A stretch of 64,000 nucleotides of DNA. Source: Acidimicrobiia bacterium (GTDB lineage Bacteria > Actinomycetota > Acidimicrobiia > Spongiisociales > ZC4RG35). The stretch is from assembly GCA_036556085.1 (NCBI GenBank), contig DATBKE010000116.1, forward strand, positions 2,209-66,208, written 5' to 3'. Numbering within the stretch: position 1 is the stretch's first letter; each line of letters begins with the position of its first letter. This document shows, piece by piece, positions 44,098 through 51,866 of the stretch. The notes beneath the pieces were generated by a model. That model worked only from the letters and a program-made list of their open reading frames with translations. It was not told the origin of the DNA and did not search any database. The position numbers and the translations under genes are program-made.

Positions 44098-44334
44098 GAG
44101 TAGCGAAGCTGCCAACGGAATCGGCCCTGAGCCGAAAATAACCAAGACGCCGTAGAAGACGCTGAGCACCGACACCATCCACAGCGGGACAGTCGCTTCC
44201 CGAATCGCGTAGAACAGTGACAGGCCCGCAAAAGCAGCGAAGAAGAAGCCGCTGCTTTGGCCGGTCGCTATTCCGACTCCGATCAACAAGGCGGCCGGAA
44301 TCGCGATGAGCCAAAACCGGTTGTCCCAATGCAA
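44050..44334 (-). CDS. possible small 3-TM membrane protein
   Basis: The hydrophobic C-terminal 94 aa of track ORF 44050-44490 (the N-terminal part is the complement of tRNA-Lys). TTG 44334. Has a 48-nt convergent overlap with the Ddn-like gene. Confidence 0.3.
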   Translation of the reverse strand: MHWDNRFWLIAIPAALLIGVGIATGQSSGFFFAAFAGLSLFYAIREATVPLWMVSVLSVFYGVLVIFGSGPIPLAASLLLLVGTAFWTRSRRTA

Positions 44335-44406
44335 CGTCGCCGAACCTACTCGCCGGCAGTGAGCGAGCCGGTGTCGGATGACTTTGCTGGCTGGTTCAAT
44401 AGAGGC

Positions 44407-44480
44407 GGGCCCGTAGCTCAAGCAGGCAGAGCAGGGGACTTTTAATCCCAAGGTTGAGAGTTCGATTCTCTCCGGGCCCA
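44407..44480 (+). tRNA. tRNA-Lys (anticodon TTT)
   Basis: Hand-folded cloverleaf: acceptor GGGCCCG/CGGGCCC, D stem GCTC/GAGC, anticodon loop CTTTTAA, T arm GAGAG-TTCGATT-CTCTC, discriminator A. CCA is not encoded. Confidence 0.9.
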
Positions 44481-44519
44481 CCGGACACAAATCAATGCTG
44501 ACGGGAACCGCTTGTCATT

Positions 44520-44777
44520 GTGGATAATGGCGGAAGCACACGGAGGTCCTCGATGCAGACCAGCTCCATTCCCTCCGCCCCAGATGCCCAATCCCCTGCA
44601 GGAGCGGAAGTCCGGTATCTGGTGGAAGGCCCAACCGGCAACATGATCCACTCCACCGTCCCGCCCGGTCAGGCCAATAGGGCAACCGTCCACGCCACAG
44701 TGAGCGAGTTCTGGCACGTTCTGTCTGGCGAGGGCCAGATTTGGCGGCGAGGGGAACCGACCGCTCCTGAAGGCTGA
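44520..44777 (+). CDS. cupin-like small ORF, possibly truncated
   Basis: 85 aa. EVRYLVEGPTG...HATVSEFWHVLSGEGQIWRRGE looks like the first half of a cupin barrel, and the ORF ends where the second half would be expected. Confidence 0.35.
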   Translation: MDNGGSTRRSSMQTSSIPSAPDAQSPAGAEVRYLVEGPTGNMIHSTVPPGQANRATVHATVSEFWHVLSGEGQIWRRGEPTAPEG

Positions 44778-44857
44778 CTCCAGACGTCGCCCTGCGTAGA
44801 TCCGCCTCACGACACCAACGAACACCGCGTCGTACGCTGCGACTGAGAGGAGAAGAA

Positions 44858-45445
44858 ATGGCCGATCCGGTGGACGACATCATCGGGGACTACCGAGGGT
44901 TCGCGGCACAGCAGCACCACCGGCTGCTCGCCCGGGGTATCGACATCCGGCCATACTCGCTCAGCCACCTGGCATACCGCGTGCCAGAGTGGGACCAGTA
45001 CATCCACCTGCGCACGCTGCTCGAACGCCACGCCAGCTCGAACGTCGAAAACGTTTGGAACGGTCGGCCGATCTCATTGATCCTTCTTGCCACCCCGCTC
45101 GAGGTCCTCGAGGGAATGAGCGTGCCGCTGATCGAACTCATCCCACCGGTCCACCAGCGCGTCTACAAGATGGGCCTCGAGCATCTCGGAGTGGTCATTG
45201 GGGAGGAGGTGGATGCCTTCTCGAGGGAGCATCGCGACGTCTTAACCGGTCAGCAGTTCCAGAACGAGCACAACGAGCCCTACTACGTCCTCTTTGAGGA
45301 CTTCACCCACGTGAAGTTCCACCGCCGTCCGCTGCACGACGTCCTCGTCCTCCAGGGAGCCACATTCGATGGAATCGTCCATGTCGATGACTGGGTCCCA
45401 CAGCGCCTCGTAACGGCTACCGGCCCACACCCTCTGCCGCGGTGA
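44858..45445 (+). CDS. YecM-like VOC-fold metal-binding protein
   Basis: 195 aa: SHLAYRVPEWDQY...NGRPISLILLATPL...LIELIPP...GLEHLGVVIG. Confidence 0.6.
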   Translation: MADPVDDIIGDYRGFAAQQHHRLLARGIDIRPYSLSHLAYRVPEWDQYIHLRTLLERHASSNVENVWNGRPISLILLATPLEVLEGMSVPLIELIPPVHQRVYKMGLEHLGVVIGEEVDAFSREHRDVLTGQQFQNEHNEPYYVLFEDFTHVKFHRRPLHDVLVLQGATFDGIVHVDDWVPQRLVTATGPHPLPR

Positions 45446-45463
45446 GCGTGAGAGTACGCCCTA

Positions 45464-45503
45464 TTCAAGTCATTTGACTATTTAGTCAACTTGAACATAA
45501 CCT
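45464..45503 (+). promoter_or_regulatory. AT-rich imperfect palindrome (candidate ArsR operator) overlapping -35/-10-like hexamers
   Basis: TTCAAGT-catt-TGAC-tattta-GTCA-ACTTGAA (45464-45495). TTGACT at 45474-45479, then TAACCT at 45498-45503 after an 18-bp spacer. GTG start at 45510, 6 nt after the -10, suggests a leaderless transcript. Confidence 0.4.
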
Positions 45504-45509
45504 GGCAGG

Positions 45510-46085
45510 GTGCGCCGGGTGCTGGCTCTTGAGTCTCGGGAACAGATCGAGCTGCTTGGGGACGACCTCAAGCTGGCCATCCTCGAACAGGCGATCCGTC
45601 CCACGACCGTGTCCGCGATGGCGGTCGCACTCGGAGTTCCCCGGACTCGGCTTTATCACCACGTCAAGCGCTTGTTGGACAACGACCTGTTGCGGGTCGT
45701 CAAGCAGCGCCAGGTGGGACCGGTTGTTGAGAGTCAGTATCAAGCGACTGCGGTCAACTACCGGGTGTCGAAGCGGCTCCTCGAATCCCTGTCCATATCC
45801 GAAGTCGGGGCTGTCCTCGTCTCCTTGGTATTCGGCCCGGCCAAGGCGGAGTTCGTCACGGCATTGCAAGACGGCCTGTTCTCATTGATGGACTCAAAAC
45901 GCCGGCGGGAAGTCCAAGTCGCCCGGCATCACATGATGCTGACTCCCGCCGAGCTGAACCAACTCATTGGAGAACTCGAGGAGCTTTACGCCCGCTACGA
46001 CCCCGATCCGCAGATCGAGCGGGAGGGAACGATCCCGGTGGCGGCTGTGAGCGTCGTCCATCCCCGCCGTAGCAGATCGGGGTGA
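45510..46085 (+). CDS. ArsR-family (wHTH) transcriptional regulator
   Basis: 191 aa: LKLAILEQAIRPTTVSAMAVALGVPRTRLYHHVKRLLDNDLLRV. GTGA overlap with the MFS gene. Confidence 0.8.
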   Translation: MRRVLALESREQIELLGDDLKLAILEQAIRPTTVSAMAVALGVPRTRLYHHVKRLLDNDLLRVVKQRQVGPVVESQYQATAVNYRVSKRLLESLSISEVGAVLVSLVFGPAKAEFVTALQDGLFSLMDSKRRREVQVARHHMMLTPAELNQLIGELEELYARYDPDPQIEREGTIPVAAVSVVHPRRSRSG

Positions 46086-47323
46086 GGACGCTCCTCGCCA
46101 ATGTTGGATTCCGGCGACTGTGGATGTCCCACGTCATTTCCACTTTTGGAGACTCAGTGACTGCCTTGGCTCTCCTCCTGACCGCTCAGCGGCTCACCGG
46201 CTCGACCGCAGCCGTGGCTACCACTGCCATCGCCATCGCTCTTCCTCAGCTCCTGTTCGGGCTCTTCTCCGGAGTGTTGGTCGACCGCTGGGACCGTCGG
46301 CGGATCATGGTCTCTTCAGACCTGGTGCGAGCTGGCCTGGTCCTCGGTTTCGTTGCGATCAACTCGGCCGACCTGATGTGGCTCCTGTATTTCATTGCGT
46401 TCGTCCAGGCCACAGTCGGCACACTCGACAACCCAGCTCGGTCGGCGGTGCTTCCTCAGATCGTCGGGGAATCGACTGACCAGTCACCTTCCGGCTCCAA
46501 CCTATTGGCGGCCAACTCGCTGTTTCAAAGCAGCGCGATCGTGGCCGGGGTACTGGGAACCGCCACCGCCGGTCTCGTTGCCGGGCTCGCCTCCACCATG
46601 ACTCCGCTCTTCGTCCTCGACGCAGTTACTTATGTCGTGTCGTCGACCCTGGTAGCCAAGCTCGTCATTGAGAAGAGGGCGGCGACCGACTTGGGCCAAC
46701 CGGCCAAACGGATCTGGTCCGAGCTGCGCTCGGGACTCCGTTTGGTCACATCCTCGAGATCACTGAGGACTGTTCTGGTGGGTGCCGGAGTCGTGATGCT
46801 CGGTCTCGGTGCGGTCAACGTGCTTCTAGTGCCATTCATCGTCAACGAACTTGCCGTGCCTGAGACCTGGTTCGGCTTGCTTGAGGCCGCCCAGGTTTCA
46901 TCGATGGTTCTGGCCGGCCTATTGGTGGCGTCCATCGGCAAACGAATTCGCCCGGGGACATTGCTTCCGGTCGGACTAACGGGAATCGCCGTGTTCGTGA
47001 CGGCCATGAGCCTCGCCTCCAGCGTCTGGCATCTGATCGTCCTTCTATTTGCCGTGGGCTGGTTCGTATCGCCGACCCAAGGTGCCGTCTCGACGATCAT
47101 CCAGAGCGAAGTCCCGGCCGCATCGCTTGGCAGGGTCAGCTCCAGCCTGGGAACCGTGGTGACCACCGCTCAGGTCGTCTCCATGGCCCTGGCCGGAGTT
47201 GCGGCGGAGCTGCTCGGTCTGCGGACGGTGTTCGTCATCGCCGGTGGTATCACTCTCTTGTCCGCTGCTCTCACCTACCTCGGACAACGAACGTCGCAGG
47301 ATTTGGTCGCCGCCGCTAACTAG
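46082..47323 (+). CDS. MFS transporter (EntS/MFS_3-like)
   Basis: 413 aa with about 12 TM helices and the VLVDRWDRRRIM loop motif. Confidence 0.85.
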   Translation: MRTLLANVGFRRLWMSHVISTFGDSVTALALLLTAQRLTGSTAAVATTAIAIALPQLLFGLFSGVLVDRWDRRRIMVSSDLVRAGLVLGFVAINSADLMWLLYFIAFVQATVGTLDNPARSAVLPQIVGESTDQSPSGSNLLAANSLFQSSAIVAGVLGTATAGLVAGLASTMTPLFVLDAVTYVVSSTLVAKLVIEKRAATDLGQPAKRIWSELRSGLRLVTSSRSLRTVLVGAGVVMLGLGAVNVLLVPFIVNELAVPETWFGLLEAAQVSSMVLAGLLVASIGKRIRPGTLLPVGLTGIAVFVTAMSLASSVWHLIVLLFAVGWFVSPTQGAVSTIIQSEVPAASLGRVSSSLGTVVTTAQVVSMALAGVAAELLGLRTVFVIAGGITLLSAALTYLGQRTSQDLVAAAN

Positions 47324-47621
47324 TCCCCGGGGTTGGATCGAATACGGGCCTCCGGGAACCCAGCCCAAACGGCCGATGGTGGGGAATGGACCGATTCAAA
47401 GAGCTTTGCAGGGGCTTTCAACGGAAGCTGCTCGGCCAAGGAAACGCCAGCCACTACGGGGACCTGGCTTGGGTGGTCCGACCGGAATTGGCGACAAGCA
47501 TTCCCCGGCGCGCGTGGCGCGAGGAGCTTGACCGAATCGCGGTCACCACCCTCGGCGACCAAGTGTTGATCGACAGCTAGCCCACTGCCGATCCGAGCAA
47601 TTCTTCTTATCCTCTCGGGTC

Positions 47622-47981
47622 GTGAATGAGCAAGTCGAACTAACTCTTCAGCTGGTTGAAGCCACCGACGCCGAGACGCTCGATCGAGCTACGCAGAGCC
47701 TGCGTCGCGATCTGAATGAGATCGACTTGGTGCAGGCACGCCCCACCGATACCGCCAGCGTCCCCGGGGCCAAGGGAGACCTCAACCTTCTGGGAACCCT
47801 TTCGGTCACCATGGTGAGCGCAGCGATTCCACACGTAATAGCCCTCATTAGCCGATGGCTTAGTGATCGGGGACGTTGCGTGGTTCGAATTGACAAGCCC
47901 GACGGCACTTCACTCGAGATCCAGCACAGCCTGAAGAAAGACGAGATCGAGCGTATCGTCGCCAGCCTTGTCCCCAAGTAA
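47622..47981 (+). CDS. EACC1-like protein (effector-associated constant component 1)
   Basis: 119 aa: VELTLQLVEATDAETLDRATQSLRRDLNEIDLV...PGAKGD...VTMVSAAIPHVIALISRWL...VVRIDKPDGTSLEIQ. Sits immediately upstream (3-nt gap) of a caspase gene. Confidence 0.7.
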   Translation: MNEQVELTLQLVEATDAETLDRATQSLRRDLNEIDLVQARPTDTASVPGAKGDLNLLGTLSVTMVSAAIPHVIALISRWLSDRGRCVVRIDKPDGTSLEIQHSLKKDEIERIVASLVPK

Positions 47982-47984
47982 GAC

Positions 47985-49547
47985 ATGACCAGCACCCCTC
48001 GCCGGCTGGCTTTGGTGATCGCCACAACCGAATACGACGACAGCCGGCTGCTCCGCTTGGGAGCGCCTTTGGCCGACGCCCTCGAATTGGCCCGGACTCT
48101 GAAGGAGCACGGTGACTTCGACGTCGAAACGCTGATCAATGCCGAGGCGCAAACGGTCCAGAGACGCATTGAGCGCTTCTGCAAAGCGGGACGGCAGAGC
48201 GCCGACACCATCCTCGTCTACTTCACCGGACACGGAGTCAAAGATGATGACGGCAACCTTTACTTTGCTCTTCGTGACACGGACCGCGACCTATTGAGGA
48301 CGACCGCTGTCTCCGCCGAATTGTTGGCGGCGGTGATGGACGAGAGCCCTGCCCGTTCCCAGCTCCTGATGCTCGACTGCTGCTACTCCGGCGCTTATGC
48401 CCGTGCGCTGCGCCCCAAAGGCGAAGAAGACGCCGGGCTCGGTGACCAGTTCGCCTCTTCCCCGGCAGCTCGGGGTCGGGTGGTGCTGGCGGCCTCGGGA
48501 GCCATCGAGCAAGCGTGGGAGGAAGACGCCGGTTCCATCTACACCCGAGCAGTGGTGGACGGGATACGGACCGGCCGCGCCGACCTCGACGGCGATGGCC
48601 GCATCACCGCCAGCGAACTCCACGCCCACGTCAGCGAGAATCTCCGAAGCGAAGGGCGGCAGACTCCGCGCAAGTTCGAATTCGACGATGCCGGGAGCCT
48701 GCTGGTCGCCCGTCGGGGTGAGGCGCCACCAATCGTTCCGAGCATGCCCGCCGCAAAGAGAGCAAAGCGACCCGCGGTCCGAGAAAGGCAGATCACTCCC
48801 TCAAATCGAAAGGCTCCGGCCTGGATCCCTGGGATGATGGCGGTGGCCCTCGCCGCGGTGCTCGGAACCCTGTGGCTGAGCGGAGGGATTGGCTTCCTTC
48901 CTTCGCCCTTGATCGAGGTCACCACCACGGCCGCCGTAGTGGTGCCACCACCTCCAACTGCCGTTGCATCGGCGACCACAGTCAGCACCGCAGTTGAGTG
49001 GCAGGTAGCGATCGACGAGCAGTTCACCGTTAACGACCGGGAATGGGCCGAGGGCGATTTCGGCGACACCTCCGCTGACTGGTTCTTCCGATTCGTCGGG
49101 GGAACGTACGAGGGGGGTTTCACCACAGGGACGTCCGATCTGACTTACTACAGCACGGTTCCGTTTACTCCCGAATCGAGGCCCTTGTACATCGAAACTG
49201 AAACCACGAGCTATTCGGCAGGCAGCCAATGCGGAATTGCGTTGCAAAACGCGGATGGATCGCTGACGGCAGTAGGAATAGGCAGTGGCGAGGTCGTCGC
49301 CCGTCATCATGTTGAGAACGAGATCGCCAATTCCGGGTCGTGGCCGGTACCTTTAGCAGGACCAACTGAGACCCAACTAGGGCTTTGGATCGACGGGTCA
49401 ATTGTCACGATCTATATCGATGACCGCGAGCTGGCGAGCTTCGATGAGCCTTCGCTCACAGACATCTCCGCGATTGGAGTCGGCCTGATCGGTGGGACCG
49501 ACGTGTATTGCGGGTTCGATTACATCGTCGCTCAAGAAGGTGACTGA
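47985..49547 (+). CDS. caspase-family (C14) peptidase with TM helix and extracytoplasmic beta-rich (ConA/LamG-like) domain
   Basis: 520 aa. RRLALVIATTEYDD, His in ILVYFTGHG, Cys in LLMLDCCYSGAYA. K/R-rich segment, then TM AWIPGMMAVALAAVLGTLWLSGGIGFL, then a C-terminal domain of about 200 aa. Confidence 0.85.
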   Translation: MTSTPRRLALVIATTEYDDSRLLRLGAPLADALELARTLKEHGDFDVETLINAEAQTVQRRIERFCKAGRQSADTILVYFTGHGVKDDDGNLYFALRDTDRDLLRTTAVSAELLAAVMDESPARSQLLMLDCCYSGAYARALRPKGEEDAGLGDQFASSPAARGRVVLAASGAIEQAWEEDAGSIYTRAVVDGIRTGRADLDGDGRITASELHAHVSENLRSEGRQTPRKFEFDDAGSLLVARRGEAPPIVPSMPAAKRAKRPAVRERQITPSNRKAPAWIPGMMAVALAAVLGTLWLSGGIGFLPSPLIEVTTTAAVVVPPPPTAVASATTVSTAVEWQVAIDEQFTVNDREWAEGDFGDTSADWFFRFVGGTYEGGFTTGTSDLTYYSTVPFTPESRPLYIETETTSYSAGSQCGIALQNADGSLTAVGIGSGEVVARHHVENEIANSGSWPVPLAGPTETQLGLWIDGSIVTIYIDDRELASFDEPSLTDISAIGVGLIGGTDVYCGFDYIVAQEGD

Positions 49548-50301
49548 CAACCTCGCCGCCGCGGCTGAAGTGTTGAAGGGAGCACTTCCGATCCTGGCTT
49601 TCACCGGAGCTGGGATCTCAACCGAGTCGGGCATCCCCGACTTCCGCGGCCCTAACGGCCTCTGGACCAAGATGGATCCGGCCGATTTCACCATCGAGAA
49701 GTATCTGGCCGATCCCGAGCGGCGGAAGCGAGGATGGAGGATGCACGCCGAGGGATCGCTGTGGGGAGCACGGGCGACCCTGACTCCAAACGCCGCTCAC
49801 CTCGCCCTGGTCGACCTCTATCGAGATCAGCGTCTCGTCGGTTGCGTCACGCAGAACGTCGACGGCCTCCACCTCCAAGCTGGTCTTCCCGAGGAAGCGG
49901 TTGCCGAAGTGCATGGCCACGTTCGCGCCGTTCGTTGCTACGACTGCGGGCTCACCTGGCCCACCGAGGAAATCCTGGTGCGGGTTGATCAAGGTGAGGA
50001 GGAGCCGCGGTGTGAGATCTGCAGAGGGGTCATCAAAACCACCACCGTTATGTTCGGCGAGAATCTCCCACAGGCAATCGTCGATAAGGCTTGGGCGCTT
50101 GCCTCCCGGGCTCGATCGGTCCTCGCCATTGGCACCACCCTCGGGGTGTGGCCGGCGGCGGAGATTCCCTTTTCCATGGTTCAGTCCGGAAAGCCCCTGG
50201 TAATCGTCAACGAGGGCGAGACCGAGATGGATCGCCTGGCGACCGTCCGACTCGAGGGAAAGGCGGGGGCGACGGTGAGCGAGTTGGCCAGGAGCATTTA
50301 A
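49540..50301 (+). CDS. Sir2-family NAD-dependent protein deacylase
   Basis: GTG 49540 overlaps the caspase 3' end by 8 nt. FTGAGISTESGIPDFRG, TQNVDGLH, catalytic EVHG, and Zn ribbon CYDC...CEIC. Confidence 0.9.
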   Translation: MTDNLAAAAEVLKGALPILAFTGAGISTESGIPDFRGPNGLWTKMDPADFTIEKYLADPERRKRGWRMHAEGSLWGARATLTPNAAHLALVDLYRDQRLVGCVTQNVDGLHLQAGLPEEAVAEVHGHVRAVRCYDCGLTWPTEEILVRVDQGEEEPRCEICRGVIKTTTVMFGENLPQAIVDKAWALASRARSVLAIGTTLGVWPAAEIPFSMVQSGKPLVIVNEGETEMDRLATVRLEGKAGATVSELARSI

Positions 50302-50303
50302 CG

Positions 50304-51248
50304 GTGAAGCTGATTCCTTTGGAGCAAGAAATGCTCCCCGCCCTTTACGACCTTTATCGCCGGATCGAGATCTTCGACCAGATCCCGATCGTCACCCCTT
50401 GGGAGGAGATCGCCGAGATGGCAGACGATCCCCATCTCGACCTACCCAACGACGGTCGCCTGGCTCTGATCGACGACCAGGTCGTGGGCTTCTGCCACGT
50501 CATCCGTCGGCCGGGAGAGTCCGATCATGCCCGCGCCTTCCTCGTCGGCGGGGTTGACCCCGACTATCGCCGGCAAGGCATCGGCAGCGCGCTGCTTTCC
50601 TGGGAGATGGATCGGGGGGCACAGATATTGCGCCGGGAGTCGCCCCACGTTCCCCGCTTCCTCCGCACCTTTGCCTTCGACTTCGAACAGGCCGCCATCG
50701 CCCTCTATGAGCGCCATGGGCTTACTCCGATTCGGTCCTTCGCCGAGCTGATCCGGCCCCTGCATGAGCCTGTACCCACAAGACCAGTTCCAGGCATCGA
50801 CATCGTCAGCTGGGAGGACGGACGTTATGAAGAGGCTCGGCTGCTGCTGAACCTGGCCTTCCGCGACCATTGGGGTTCGACTCCCCGCGACGGCGCTGCC
50901 TGGGACCATTTCATCAGAGGCACTGGCACCCGTCTCGATCTTTCGTGCATGGCGCTGGCCGGCGATCGCCTGGTTGGCGTGACGGTCAATGCTCATTTCC
51001 CATCCGACCAGGAGATCACCGGGCGCCGAGATGGCTGGATCGGTCATCTCGGCACCCACCCCGAATTCCGCAAGCGCGGGATCGCTTCGGCTCTGATCGA
51101 GCGGTCTTGCGCTCAATTCAGTGAGGCTGGCTTCGACCACGCCCTGATCGGCGTCGACTCCGCCAGCCTCACCGGTGCCTATCGCCTATACGAAAGTCTC
51201 GGCTTCCGACCGCTGCATCGACAGGTGCAGCATCAGATCGAGGTCTAA
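50304..51248 (+). CDS. tandem-GNAT N-acetyltransferase (MshD/mycothiol-synthase-like architecture)
   Basis: GTG 50304, 2 nt after the Sir2 stop. 314 aa with two GNAT cores (VDPDYRRQGIGSALL and THPEFRKRGIASALI). Confidence 0.8.
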   Translation: MKLIPLEQEMLPALYDLYRRIEIFDQIPIVTPWEEIAEMADDPHLDLPNDGRLALIDDQVVGFCHVIRRPGESDHARAFLVGGVDPDYRRQGIGSALLSWEMDRGAQILRRESPHVPRFLRTFAFDFEQAAIALYERHGLTPIRSFAELIRPLHEPVPTRPVPGIDIVSWEDGRYEEARLLLNLAFRDHWGSTPRDGAAWDHFIRGTGTRLDLSCMALAGDRLVGVTVNAHFPSDQEITGRRDGWIGHLGTHPEFRKRGIASALIERSCAQFSEAGFDHALIGVDSASLTGAYRLYESLGFRPLHRQVQHQIEV

Positions 51249-51772
51249 CCGGTGATGGGCTCGCCATCGGGTCCGATGACCCACCAGATGTCGCCTACCC
51301 CTTGGCCGTTGATGTCGCCCGGGGCGGCGTCAGCCGCGAAGTAATAGAGTGGCCAGCCGTTGTAGGTGACCTGCATGGTCCCGTCGCCCCGATCGGCCAG
51401 GCCCAGGAGCGAAGCGTCGAGGCCCTCCCCCGCCGCAACCTCGGTGGTGAGCGGCGGCCAGTTGGCGGCGCAATCGTCAAAGCAGGTCGGGTCGCCCTGC
51501 TCATCGGGCGTGAAGATGTAGAGGGTTGACCCCTCCGCATCGGTGATGATGTCGCCCAGATCGGTCGAGGAAACCGCCAGGGCTTCCCCTTCCGCTGTTG
51601 CCATGGTGGTGGCAGCGGCGGTTGTTTCGGGAGCGGCGGTGGTCTCAGCAGGGGCAGCGGTAGTAACGGCGTCGGCGGTGGTGCCGGGAGCGGCGGTGGT
51701 GGCGACGCCGCCTCCTCCGCAGGCAGCGACGATCAAGACGATGATGGCTATTAGGGCTCGATTTGTTTTCAT
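51245..51772 (-). CDS. lipoprotein with Lipoprotein_15-type repeats (COG4315-like)
   Basis: MKTNRALIAIIVLIVAACGGGG lipobox, Thr/Ala linker, GSTLYIFTPDEQGDPTCFDDCAANWPP and GWPLYYFAAD repeats. Confidence 0.8.
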   Translation of the reverse strand: MKTNRALIAIIVLIVAACGGGGVATTAAPGTTADAVTTAAPAETTAAPETTAAATTMATAEGEALAVSSTDLGDIITDAEGSTLYIFTPDEQGDPTCFDDCAANWPPLTTEVAAGEGLDASLLGLADRGDGTMQVTYNGWPLYYFAADAAPGDINGQGVGDIWWVIGPDGEPITG

Positions 51773-51866
51773 ATTTCCAACCTCCAGAGAGCCATACGGC
51801 AGTAGTCGAAGCTCTGGTTCCCGGTCTGCTTGAGATCACCGCCAAGTAGCCTGATGGCCAAGAACC

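Noticed and set aside
44335-44490. N-terminal part of ORF 44050-44490 (MCPVGPERIELSTLGLKV...). ORFs 60852-61571(-), 61577-61792(-) and 61617-61898(-) belong to the same class.
   Set aside because: These peptides (GPERIELST, GFEPATSG, GRIELPTYGFSDRRS) are translations of the complementary strands of tRNA-Lys, tRNA-Asp and tRNA-Phe.
47327-47365. Possible attR-like partial copy of the tRNA-Lys 3' end after the MFS gene.
   Set aside because: Only short blocks match (ggttg, tcgaat/tcgatt, tccggg). By eye this is not clearly above chance in GC-rich DNA, and no integrase is present. It is mentioned in a finding as weak evidence only.
47386-47580. 64-aa ORF (MDRFKELCRGFQRKLLGQGN...) upstream of the EACC1 gene.
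   Set aside because: No SD, no recognisable domain, and competing overlapping frames on both strands. It may be a gene remnant or a leader region. The evidence is insufficient to call it.
49492-49539. Longer starts for Sir2 (49492) and GNAT (50091) given by the ORF track.
   Set aside because: The extensions lie inside the conserved 3' ends of the preceding genes and encode non-homologous, Arg/Gly-rich sequence. GTG 49540 and GTG 50304 give family-typical N-termini.
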